Positions 22,595-34,269 of a stretch of 36,768 bases of DNA are shown here, piece after piece (the first letter of the stretch is position 1; each line of letters starts with the position of its first letter). The translations under genes and the position numbers were made by a program. The stretch is taken from the NCBI RefSeq assembly GCF_001194135.2, contig NC_068986.1:42206599-42243366 (forward strand), written 5' to 3'. This stretch comes from Octopus bimaculoides (lineage: Eukaryota). A model generated the notes under the pieces. That model did not search any database and had not been told where the DNA came from. It was given only the letters and a program-made list of their open reading frames with translations.

Positions 22595-22702
22595 ACGAGG
22601 ATAACTCTATGAGGATAGTTACTTTCCTAAATGTGAACACACATAGCACACAAACTTTACACAAAGAAGAAATATGCCCCAATGACTTACTACATCAACA
22701 TA

Positions 22703-22866
22703 CAAGTATGACAGTAGCTGTGTGGTAAGTAGCTTGCTTACCAACCACATGGTTCCGGGTTCAGTCCCACTGCGTGGCACATTGGGCGAGTGCCTTCTAC
22801 TATAGCCTCGGGCCGACCAAAGCCTTGTGAGTGGATTTGGTAGACGGAAACTGAAAGAAGCCCGTC

Positions 22867-22907
<41 letters not shown>

Positions 22908-23155
22908 TGTGTGTGTATGTTTGTGTGTCTGTGTTTGTCCCCCAACATCGCTTGACAACCGATGCTGGTGTGTTTACGTCCCCGTAACTTAGCAGTTCGG
23001 CAAAAGTGACCGATAGAATAAGTGCTAGACTTACAAAGAATAAGTCCTGGGGTCGATTTGTTCGACTAAAACCCTTCGAGATTGTGTCCCAGTATGGCCG
23101 CAGTCAAGTGAATAAAACAAGTAAAAGATAAAAAATACCCTACAGCTGTTAGATA
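22703..23155 (+). mobile_element. SINE family A, full length
   Basis: A-box-like gctgtgtggtaag, B-box-like ggttcagtccc, internal (AT)n/(GT)n, tail ccagtatggccgcagtcaagtgaataaaacaagtaaaag. Confidence 0.9.
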
Positions 23156-23574
23156 GAAAAATACAACAAAAACAAATAATTGTTCATCAAATTATTGTAA
23201 TTCATTTGTTTTTGACACTTTAGAATCTGAATTTTCTGTGGACAAAATTATTGTCACCAGATAAAATGTGTAAATAGAGTTAATTACCGTATTAACGATA
23301 TAATTGTTCTGAAAGAAAAAAATAATTAGAAAATGTAAACCACTCGTACAATTTCGACTCGGCTTCATAACATAACCCTTTTTTTTATGGTTGCAGATTA
23401 AATCTTCATATTGTTGTCGGTGTTTTTACGTTTGTGTATACCAAGGTCAAATCGCATGGATGTTGATCTTTCATTATTTTTTGAAGCTGGTACAGTAGAT
23501 ACTATTGGACAACACCCTCTCTTCGTAATTTTTATTTTTAAGTCAGAAGTTAATGTGAATGCGCGCGCGTCTTT

Positions 23575-23638
<64 letters not shown>

Positions 23639-24699
23639 CAATTTTGATCATAAGTCAACTCGTGCAAGGTTGATTTGAGGCTAAACAGCAGGCACTATGC
23701 TTTAACTCTTACATAGTTGTCCAACTAGCTAGAAATAGCAACCAAATTTCCTTTTAATCCCACACGTTTAACTATGAACTATACTGGACAACGTAGATCT
23801 AGTGACGTCATCATTTGTCTTGCACTTATCTTGAATAACTAGAGTTCATTCAATCCCAGATGTTGGATGGCCGTTGATTCTACTGAGTCCGTTCACCCTT
23901 CGACAAGTTTCGTTTTTCATCCTGCAGGGTATCCAACGTAAACCACCCTTTTCATATAGTAGACTTGACAGGGTTGCCAGTTTAACCACTGACAGCTCTA
24001 AAGAGCAACATACATACATGAATGCATGAGTGTGTGTGTGTATGTGTGTGCATGTATTTGCGCTTATATAAACTAACGAGGAAGACCACTATGTGACGCT
24101 AGACAGGTTAGAAATGTCAACCATTTCTCCCTCGAAATACAGCTTTCTGCATCTTTGACTCAATTTCACTTTGATTCAGTACTCGAACATCACCGGGTAG
24201 CTTTGCTAGTGTTTGGTTGTGGACGGGGGTTGACATTGCATAATATAAATTATGATTAACGATATATGAAATATTTAGTATTTCAAATAATTTTCGTTAT
24301 AGCTAATTAATAAGTGGGGAAGGATAGCGCCTAATGCTCATTAAACTCAGTTACTCTGGAAGAATTGTAAACTGATTTTAATTTACATAATTATTGCTTT
24401 TCACAATATTTCTTACTGGAAAACTAGAAATTAATTGATGGAATGAAAATATCCGTTAGAAGTTGGCTGTCGAGAGATAAATAGATTTAATTGAAATGTT
24501 ATGGCTTTTCCAAGTTAAAATGAGCAGAGACTGTTGTTGACGCAATAAAAAAGACATAAAGAAAGCATACAGTACATCAATATTGAACAAAGATTCTATA
24601 ATTTTTAAGTGTTACATTTTTAATCAAAAGAAATTAGTGTATATCTAATAGGTTTGTGCGAAGTACAAAATGTAAGGCTCTCCGAAACTCTCTACATTT

Positions 24700-25586
24700 C
24701 CTTAAACACAAAAGCCTAACGCTAATTCCGCTGGACTATTCCCCATCTTCTCTATAATTAGAGGCCTCGGATCCAACCTTGATACTACTTATCACACTTT
24801 ACGAACACAAATCTCTAATAGACACAAATGGGTGACATTTTTCTATAGGTAATTTCTGTTACTTTAGCTCGTGCATATAATCTCATCTCTTTCTTCTGGT
24901 CACCTTTCTCACCTGGCTATCACCAATACGGATTTCCAGTTATCACTCTCCTCCACTTCTCTACATCTAATTCTTCTCTTGTTCTCCAAACTCTTCTGAC
25001 TACCAACTTCCTTTCGTCCATGTTTCTTCTTGCGCCCAAGACATGTCATTCATCTCACTCTTCCCTTCTTGGTTCTTATTCTTATCCTACACTAATGCAA
25101 CAGCGCAGAAACCGAAACTTTCTTAATCATAAAGTCTCTTCATCAACTTGTCATATCCCCTATTCGTATTTCTGACCAACACACAATTATAGCAAACACA
25201 CTCGATCTATTTCTCAGCCTCTACCAATCAGAATTTCTGCACCTATCGTGTTGCCTTGTCACTACTATACTCTTCCATACACATCCACATACACGCCACT
25301 ATGGAATCCAGGAGCTGGTGGCGTTGTGTAGTGTGTAGCTCTAGTTTTGCAGAGCCGTGACAGGTGGTCATTGAAGAGGGACAGAGGTTCAAAGGATTCA
25401 AGGAGTTGAGGGTGTTGTGTAGTATAAGGATGTGAGTGAATGTGTGCGTGTGGGGTGGGGTGAGGGAGGAGTAGTCTGCTGGTGATTTGATGGGTAATCA
25501 TAGACAAGATGGCGTTAATGGAGATCAGGTCATCAGATGTCTCCCATCAGACTACTCACAACCAAAACTCATATCTTCATAAGTGG

Positions 25587-25669
<83 letters not shown>

Positions 25670-26800
25670 GTCTCCCGATCTTTAGAAACACACTAAAGTC
25701 TGCTCTATTCCCGAGAAAAACAACACGTCAAATCTTGTAAACTATTGCCTTATCACAATTACTTCTATCATCTCAAAGTTAAAGGAGATAGCCATTAACA
25801 ATAACAATCTACATTACCTTGAATTTCACTACTTCCTTAACGGCCTCTAGAATGGTTTCGTAAACTCAGATGTACGGGTCTTTCATTAGGGTCCTTCAAT
25901 CTTGAGAAGTTTGGAAAAAACAGTTTTATTGTGCTTGAGCGTACCATTGAATGTGTATGCAAATGGCATTCTCTCTGATCCGCAGTCTTTCAACACCAGT
26001 GTTCCAATGTTAGTTTTTTTCTCCTTTATCTCTTTCTTTCATATGCCAATATCGACCAACTTCCGCACAGAAGATATCAGTCTTCATTCATCCCTATCCT
26101 TTCAGACCCAAGCAGCATCTATTTGCAACTGAAACACCTCATACCAAACCTGTACTGGTTCCACAAATCTCCCAAATATCCTCTAATGGAGTCATGCCAT
26201 TTTCATTCAAAAGTACGAATACTCAATCACTGCACATATAAAAGTAATTATTCCATCAATAAAACTGTTAGGTCTCATCTTCACCGAGGAACTCTCTTAA
26301 TAACCGAACATCTTCAGCATAGCCAAGACTACACCAAAATCTAACCTTTTTCTTCTGGGACAGATAATTCAACACCATACAACTACTAATCCTCAACATA
26401 TCACACTAGAATCCCCATTAAATAATTTTCCCACGTCTAGGACAATGCTATTACTACACACGTAGAAAGAATCAAAGAATCAAAGAATCAAAGAATCAAA
26501 GAAGGATCACCCGAGTAATTGATATACTCACAGACCTGCTGCCTCCACTCTCTAGATTTTTCCCGCGACGGCAGTCTTCTCTTCTCCTCATAGCTGGTTG
26601 ATCGCTTTCCATCTTCACTCAAGCATTCTTGACTTCCTTGTCTCTCTTCTTCTCATCACCCACTCATCCAGGCACTGGACTGACAACTTCTCCAAGTCCC
26701 TGCTCTTTTTCCAACAACCAACTTGCAAATGTTCGATAAGAAAATTAATTGCATCGAAGGGCCTACACCGGACTTATACACAACCCCTTCCTCCAGATTA
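24700..26800 (+). mobile_element. Very decayed LINE (AP-endonuclease and RT remnants, CR1/L2 group)
   Basis: Remnants such as LHQLVISPIRISDQH..ANTLDLFL (APE end) and 3' 'LW..LP..FFQQP.NLQ.F..KIN'-like sequence. No continuous ORF; boundaries approximate. Confidence 0.45.
26469..26503 (+). repeat. (GAATCAAA)4 octamer repeat
   Basis: gaatcaaagaatcaaagaatcaaagaatcaaagaa. Confidence 0.9.
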
Positions 26801-26902
26801 AACCAATGAAAACTAAAATTAGGGGAATACTACAATTACAAACTTTACTCATATTAAAATTTATTTCTTATGTTAACGGCCTAAATGACCTTCCTGGACA
26901 TA

Positions 26903-28150
26903 CAGGGGTTGGATAAAATAATGGAAACACCTAGCATCATAATTTTGAAATATCCATAAAACTGTCAAAAGCTTGTTTATTTTTATGGGTTTTTTTTATT
27001 TGTTATTAGTGTTGCTTAATATGTTTTGCTAAAATTACAGTTTCTTTTCAGATTTCATCAGAAATAGGTAATTCAAATCCATTAAAATGACAGATCTATC
27101 GGACTCTCAAAGAGGTCAAATTGTTGGTGCTTGTATGGCAGGTGCTAGCGTAATGAAAACAGTCGAAATGTTTGGTGTATCAAGAAGTACTGATTTGAAA
27201 GTAATGACAGCCTTTGAGAAAGAGGGAAAGCCTCCCCATGGAAACAAAACTTCGGAAGAAAACCAAAACTTTCAGATAGTGACCGTCGGACACTTATGCG
27301 AATTGTTAGAAAGGATCACAAAAGTACAGCTCCCAAAATTACTACAGATGTTAATGATCATCTCAAGAACCCAGTTTCCACAAAAACTGTTCGCCGGGAG
27401 CTGCGCAAAGCCGGTTTTCACGAGAGGGATGCAATCAGAGAACCACTACTTTCAAAAACAAACGTTGCAAAGCGCTTAGAGTGGAGTAAAAACCCACAGA
27501 ATTGGTCTATAGAGAAGTGGTAGAATGTTATTTTCTCGGACGAGTCATCCTTTACCTTATTTCCGGCTAACGGCCGAGTATACGTGTGGAGACAGCTAAA
27601 AGAAGCATTTTACCCAGATTGCCTTCTTCCAACTGTTAAACATGGAGGAGGATCTGTGATGATCCAGGGGGCTATATCTTGATTTCCCTTCATGGTAGAA
27701 TTAATACTCAAGAGTATTTAAGCGTTTTAACTGATCAAATTCACCCTATGGCTGCAGAACTATTTCCGGAGGGAAATGCAATCTTTCAGGATGATAATGC
27801 ACCAATTCACACAGCTAAAGTTGTTACTGAATGGCACGAGGAACATTCTAGTGAAGTTGAACATTATATCTGGCCACCACAGTCCCCAGATCTCAATATT
27901 ATTGAACATTTATGGTGCATTTTAGAAAAGTAAGTAAAGAGTCGATATCCTCCACCATTATCACTACAAGAACTGGAGAATGTTATAGCTGAAGAATGGA
28001 CAAAAATTCCTTTGGAAACAATTCAAACTTTGTACGAGTCCATATCTCGTAGAATTCAAGTTGTAATTACTGCCAAAGGTGGTCCTACCTCTTATTAAAA
28101 TTAATTTGTTTGAAATTTTAAGGTGTTTCCATTATTTTGCCCAACTCCTG
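26903..28150 (+). mobile_element. Tc1-like transposon with DD36E catalytic spacing (Incomer-like), defective, 1248 bp
   Basis: TA TSD. 30-bp TIRs CAGGGGTTGGATAAAATAATGGAAACACCT / CAGGAGTTGGGCAAAATAATGGAAACACCT. Transposase motifs FSDES, FQDDNAPIH and WPPQSPDLNIIE. Confidence 0.93.
27087..28098 (+). pseudogene. Tc1-like transposase pseudogene
   Basis: MTDLSDSQRGQIVGAC... to ...KGGPTSY*. Split across three ORFs by a frameshift and stop codons. Confidence 0.92.
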
Positions 28151-28915
28151 TATGTTATTTGGATGTCTTTTACTACAGTATATGTTTTCTCTTCGAGAAT
28201 TACATTTTGAATCCTTTTTATAATGAGTTGTCATTTGAGATGATGAGCTTTCAATTAAGGACCAATCGAAGAACAAAGAACAAACGGAGACAATGTAATG
28301 TAGAGAACTTAATATAAAAGTACACAAGTCTGAGTCTTATTTAAAATATGCTAAACCGCAATTAGATAACGCATGACAGCATCGATCCTTGGTGTAAGCA
28401 GTGACAGTTCTGCAAAACAGATGAACGATTTGTTGATTTGCAGTACTGCGTTAAAATCCTCCGATGGAAATATCACTGCCAATATACTGCTGTCATATAC
28501 AGAAATGAGGAATTAATTACTTTAAAACATGATTTTGTTTCTCCATATTAAGAATGTAAATTGTATATGATTTTATCTTTCATTCTTAAATCCTTGTGAA
28601 GTTTATAAAATATATCCTGAAATCAGTCTAAGCGTGAATACTACACAAATTATATTCATCAAGACATATCTATTCAAATTGATTTTCAAGAATAAGTTAA
28701 AGGAAGGGTCATGCAAAATCTCTAATCATGCATAATTGTTCTCGTTACATGAATGGTCAAGACAATGACAAACCTACAACCATTGTCTTTTTCATATCTA
28801 GCAGAAACATTAATGTGTTTCTATTTTTCAAGCTTGGAGCTTTCAAATTGAAATGCACAGGAAATCAATTCAAAAGTCAAGGTCTTAGGAGAATTCACGT
28901 TACTAAATTTTGAAA

Positions 28916-29353
28916 TCTCTTATATAAAATAGACCCGTGTCTGTGTGTATTCGCTTTTCACGCGAAGACGGCTAGGCAAATTGCTTCTATATTTGGGATG
29001 AAAGAATAATTTGACCTCGGAAACATAACAGGCTCTTCAGTTTATTTATTTTTTTAAATAAAAAATAAATAATATTGCTTTATATTCATAACTTTCACTA
29101 CTTTAAAAATGTTTCTCAGCGTCTACTTCGGTATTGACGTAGCAACGGCGAAATTTTCCGTTTTCATTTGTGAAATCTCTCACTCTCTATTTTGATGTTT
29201 TCATTTCAAGTTTCAAATCGCTATTTGCAAACAACTACGATAAATTACTGAAAGAAATATTTACTAAGTTCACAAATTTCGCTTGAACCCGCACACTTCG
29301 ATAATTTCCGTAAAAAGTTTTTATTTATTTCCTTTTTGTATTTTCGCTTATTA

Positions 29354-29412
<59 letters not shown>

Positions 29413-29557
29413 TGGTATTATGAATTCAGAATTGATTTCCCAATTGAAGAATGAATTGAATTTAGAATAACAAATTTCTATACAACATATTTTGCTTTTT
29501 TCTTCCAATATATAAGGAACAATTTCATTCCCGGGCAATGCCGGGTGCCTCTGCTAT
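28916..29557 (+). mobile_element. Non-autonomous Helitron-like element
   Basis: A|TC 5' start (tctcttatataaaa). 3' hairpin CCCGG-gcaatg-CCGGG (29530-29545) followed by CTAT|T, a variant of CTAG|T. No TSD; internal (TAT)n. Confidence 0.7.
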
Positions 29558-30467
29558 TATGGTATATAAAAAATAAAATTAACTTCGATATGGTGCCCTT
29601 ACTAATAATAGACGTTGCACTTATTGTGGTTGCTCAGCTCTGGGCCAAACTGACTGGGCCCAACCTAGCAGTACGAACGATGTCATTTTCCCAAATATAC
29701 TGAGTTCAAGTCTACATTATCCAATGTGCCCCTCTACTTTAAGATAATAAGGTGATTTGAAAGACATTTTGTTGCTATTTCTAACAGGCAGAACTACCTA
29801 CTTGTAACAGGCAAGCTACCACGTAGAGCGTCCCTCGCTAGGCTTCTTACTTTCTCAGTAAAACATGCATATAATTCCTCACGGGAAAATACCTGATGAC
29901 TGTTTTAACGACTTGAAAGAAAAGTTGACTGCAATGAGAAATAAAAGTTAATAATGGTAAGCATTTTATCAAACACTGCTGTTTCTTCAAGACTTTATAC
30001 ACACCAATGTGAACAAAACAATCTCTCTGTTCACTCTTAAGATGACAGATGTGCAAAACGAAAAAGCTGTAACCAATTGAATGTATAGAAGGACACTACA
30101 GATAGGATCCTCCAAAGTAGCTAGGCTAATAACTGAGTCCAGTGTTACTTGAACAAGAGAGGAAGAGAGACTTTTCTAAAGGCTGTAATTTCTATCATAT
30201 CAGTGCTCTTTGTGGGAAATTAGTAAAGTAATTTTGGGAAATTAGTAAAGCTTTTATTATAGGCTCAAGGCCTTAACATTTTGGGAAAAAGAGCAGTTGG
30301 TTATATCTATTCCACCAATTGATTAGTACTCTATTTTATCAACGACGAGAGGATGAAATGCAAACTTAATCGGAATGGGATATGAGCTGATAGCGAAACA
30401 AAGAGACAAAATAAATACGCAAGGCATTGTATCGTAAGCTTTAATGATTCTGTGAATCCATAACTTT

Positions 30468-30680
30468 CTACTATAGGAACAAGGCCTGAAATTCAGTGGG
30501 AGAGGGATATTCGATTATATCAACCCCAGTGCTTGACTAGTACTTCTTTCATCGACCCCGAAAGGATGAAGGGCAAAGTCGACCACGATAGAAAGAATTT
30601 GAACTCAGAACACTCAGACGAATGAAATGTCGCAAAGCGTTTCGCCCGGCGTGCTAACGATTTTGCCAGCTTGCCACTTT
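30468..30680 (-). mobile_element. SINE family B (a more decayed copy lies at about 30175-30440)
   Basis: Minus strand gtggcaagctggcaaaatcgttagc (A-box-like), gagttcaaattc (B-box-like), gtcgactttgcccttcatcctttcggggtcgatg, tail aggccttgttcctatagtagaaag. Confidence 0.8.
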
Positions 30681-30951
30681 GTAGTGATGAAATAAGAACC
30701 TACTGTGTGGGGACTGGGATGACAAAGAATAGAACCAACGTTTCCTCTGCATGTGGTAAAAGGCGACAAAAAAAAGTTGTGGTAGGATTTGCACTCTAAC
30801 CTCGTAAAATACCTTACTAGTTACGATTGCACAAACCGACTCATAGGATGGAAGGCTGTCGCCTGAGTATTACAAAGGCATCATTTCCCAGGAGTATGGA
30901 ATCACCAGCAAATGGTGAATGCAGCGGCGCGTTGTTCTAGCGCATGTCCCC

Positions 30952-30960
30952 ATGCTGCTG

Positions 30961-31027
<67 letters not shown>

Positions 31028-31028
31028 C
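30952..31028 (+). repeat. (TGC)3 followed by a (TAC)n trinucleotide microsatellite
   Basis: Directly visible. Many other AT, AC, AG and TACA microsatellites occur throughout the window. Confidence 0.95.
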
Positions 31029-32200
31029 ATTATATATGTAAATTCCATGTTTTATATATATTTTTTTTAAAATTTCTGTTTTGGTTCATATATTTATAAA
31101 TCTTCAAGCGTTGCTTTATGAATCAAGTCTTTGTGTGATGTCATCGACTACAGCTGACGTTAGTTAACCAAAGCGTCACACTCGAATTTACATCATTTCA
31201 TTATGCAAAAAATTTCAGTTGTTTCTTCNNNNNNNNNNNNNNNNNNNNNNNNNNNNNNNNNNNNNNNNNNNNNNNNNNNNNNNNNNNNNNNNNNNNNNNN
31301 NNNNNNNNNNNNNNNNNNNNNNNNNNNNNNNNNNNNNNNNNNNNNNNNNNNNNNNNNNNNNNNNNNNNNNNNNNNNNNNNNNNNNNNNNNNNNNNNNNNN
31401 NNNNNNNNNNNNNNNNNNNNNNNNNNNNNNNNNNNNNNNNNNNNNNNNNNNNNNNNNNNNNNNNNNNNNNNNNNNNNNNNNNNNNNNNNNNNNNNNNNNN
31501 NNNNNNNNNNNNNNNAAAGATCGTATTTCTTTTCCGAATTCCCCTGGTATGCTTGCTTATTAAATCTTTGCCTTTCACCTCATAATTTTACTTTTTTTCT
31601 TTCCTTTGTTACAAAAGCGATAGAGTACAGGGAGGTAAATAATTGCATTTTCATTTTTTTAATTGTATGTCGTTGTTCGACATCACGTGTCTTCAGCATT
31701 CATAATTGGCTTGACAAAACTCGTGACACAAAAGCAAAACTATTAAAAAAATAAAACGACTAAAATATGAAAAAGCAAAAACAAAAGTGAATAAATGAAT
31801 AAAAATTAAACTATAAATAACAGCAAAAAAAAAAAAAGAAAGGAAAAAATAGTATACATGAGTAAACGTTTGAATGGCAAAACGAGATGTGATTTACATT
31901 AAAGATAACTTTTCTCTAGTTGTAATTACTGCGTAAAGCAAGAAATACGGCGACGACATTATTGTCTTGTTTGCAAGAAAAATACTGTCATCGAGACAAT
32001 TACTATATTCATATGGCACACACGCACGCACAAACACACAAGCACAGGAACACTCATGTGTATGTGCGTGTGTGTATGCGTGTGTGTATGCGCGTGTGTG
32101 TGTGTATGTGCGTGTATGCATGCAGGCGTGCGTATATTTGTGTGTATGTGAATGCATGTATAAGTGCGTGTGTATGTATGCATGCATTTATATATCTTTG

Positions 32201-32380
32201 ATTTTTTATCGTTTACTTGTTTCAGTCATTGGACTGCAGGCAAGCTGGAGCACCACATTGATGGGTTTAATCGAACTAACCAACATCAGTATTTATTATG
32301 CCAAAACGCTAGACGTAAACAAACCCACACCGGCAATCAAACGGTGGTGGTAGACAAACACATCCGTGCAAAGACACACT
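32201..32380 (-). mobile_element. SINE family A, 3' half
   Basis: Minus strand gtggtgctccagcttgcctgcagtccaatgactgaaacaagtaaac. Confidence 0.7.
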
Positions 32381-32390
32381 GACGCAGGGC

Positions 32391-32454
<64 letters not shown>

Positions 32455-33115
32455 TGAGAGGATTGGGCGAAACTACGTGAAGATTCCAAACTCCGACTGA
32501 AGAGGCAATTGGCTGCGAATGATCCGTGTACCGTGTTTTGTCCTGTTTGCCGTTGTTGTGCTATCGTCCTNNNNNNNNNNNNNNNNNNNNNNNNNNNNNN
32601 NNNNNNNNNNNNNNNNNNNNNNNNNNNNNNNNNNNNNNNNNNNNNNNNNNNNNNNNNNNNNNNNNNNNNNNNNNNNNNNNNNNNNNNNNNNNNNNNNNNN
32701 NNNNNNNNNNNNNNNNNNNNNNNNNNNNNNNNNNNNNNNNNNNNNNNNNNNNNNNNNNNNNNNNNNNNNNNNNNNNNNNNNNNNNNNNNNNNNNNNNNNN
32801 NNNNNNNNNNNNNNNNNNNNNNNNNNNNNNNNNNNNNNNNNNNNNNNNNNNNNNNNNNNNNNNNNNNNNNNNNNNNNNNNNNNNNNNNNNNNNNNNNNNN
32901 NNNNNNNNNNNNNNNNNNNNNNNNNNNNNNNNNNNNNNNNNNNNNNNNNNNNNNNNNNNNNNNNNNNNNNNNNNNNNNNNNNNNNNNNNNNNNNNNNNNN
33001 NNNNNNNNNNNNNNNNNNNNNNNNNNNNNNNNNNNNNNNNNNNNNNNNNNNNNNNNNNNNNNNNNNNNNNNNNNNNNNNNNNNNNNNNNNNNNNNNNNNN
33101 NNNNNNNTATATATA

Positions 33116-34179
33116 TTTCCGTTTGTTTTCCTGTCTTGTTTTCTGTCCGCCACTACATTCCTCCATGGTACAAATTTAATTTGTGTATACAAATTTAATT
33201 TGTGGTCCGTGGGAAGAGCCATTTTAACGATGCATCCTGCCCTAACTCTTCGAAACGCCTGTGTTAGAATGGGGGCAGCTGATGAAGGAAAATGTTCTCT
33301 ATGTGGCCTGTGTGTTTTCTGTACTCTGGTTATTATTTTTTTGTCTACGTTTTGTTTGCAATGTCCTGTACCCAGATATGCACCTATATATATAGGTAGA
33401 TGTAGGTATGCACATACTTGTATGTATATAAGCATATACTCATTTATTATTTGTTATACATGATCGAACGCACGCGTCATCCCTGTAAGTTTTTGAACTT
33501 TATATTTTCTGACGCGACTCTATCTATCTCTATATCTTTTTCCCCCTCTCGTTCTTCCTTCTGTTACTACTATATCTCTTTCTTTCCCCCTCTCGTTCTT
33601 CCTTCTGTTACTACTATATCTCTCTATTTCCCCCTCTCGTTCTTCCTTCTGTTACTACTATATTTCTCTATTCCTCTCTTTCTCTCGTTGCTCATCTATT
33701 TTCTACTTCCTCCCCTTGTTTCTCCCTCTACTACTCTCTCTCCTTACCCCTCGCTGGTCACATGTGTCCAGTTATTAATTCTTTTCTTCCTTGGCTATCG
33801 CCGAGCAAACATACGAATCTACTTCGTCCCGCTTCCAGTTCGTTGCTTCACAACGTTCAATATACACATAATTTTTCACGTCTGGCCGTATAGCCTTTTC
33901 CGTTTGTTTTCCTGTCTTGTTTTCTGTCCGCCACTATATTCCTCCATGGTACAAATTTAATTTGTGGTCCGTGGGAAGAGCCATTTTAACGATGCGTCCT
34001 GCCCTAACTCTTCGAAACGCCCGTGTTAGAATGGGGGCAGCTGATGAAGGAAAATGTTCTCTATGTGGCCTGTGTGTTTTCTGTACTCTGGTTATTATTA
34101 TTTTTTTGTCTACGTTTTGCTTGCAATGTCCTGTACCCAGATATGCACCTATACATACAGGTGGATGTCGGTATGCACA
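33116..34179 (+). repeat. About 280-bp direct repeat (33116-33414 and 33897-34179), pLTR-like
   Basis: About 8 substitutions, a 19-bp internal duplication and a 3-bp indel. Both copies abut gaps. Confidence 0.8.
33530..33675 (+). repeat. 40-44-bp minisatellite, about 3.3 units
   Basis: Unit ctatatctct(t/c)t(c/a)tttccccctctcgttcttccttctgttacta at 33530, 33570 and 33614. Confidence 0.9.
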
Positions 34180-34269
34180 NNNNNNNNNNNNNNNNNNNNN
34201 NNNNNNNNNNNNNNNNNNNNNNNNNNNNNNNNNNNNNNNNNNNNNNNNNNNNNNNNNNNNNNNTATATA

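Noticed and set aside
32488-32525. CTGAAGA...GCA/TGC...GAAT hammerhead-like string
   Set aside because: GAAA is broken (GAAT) and no stem I could be paired.
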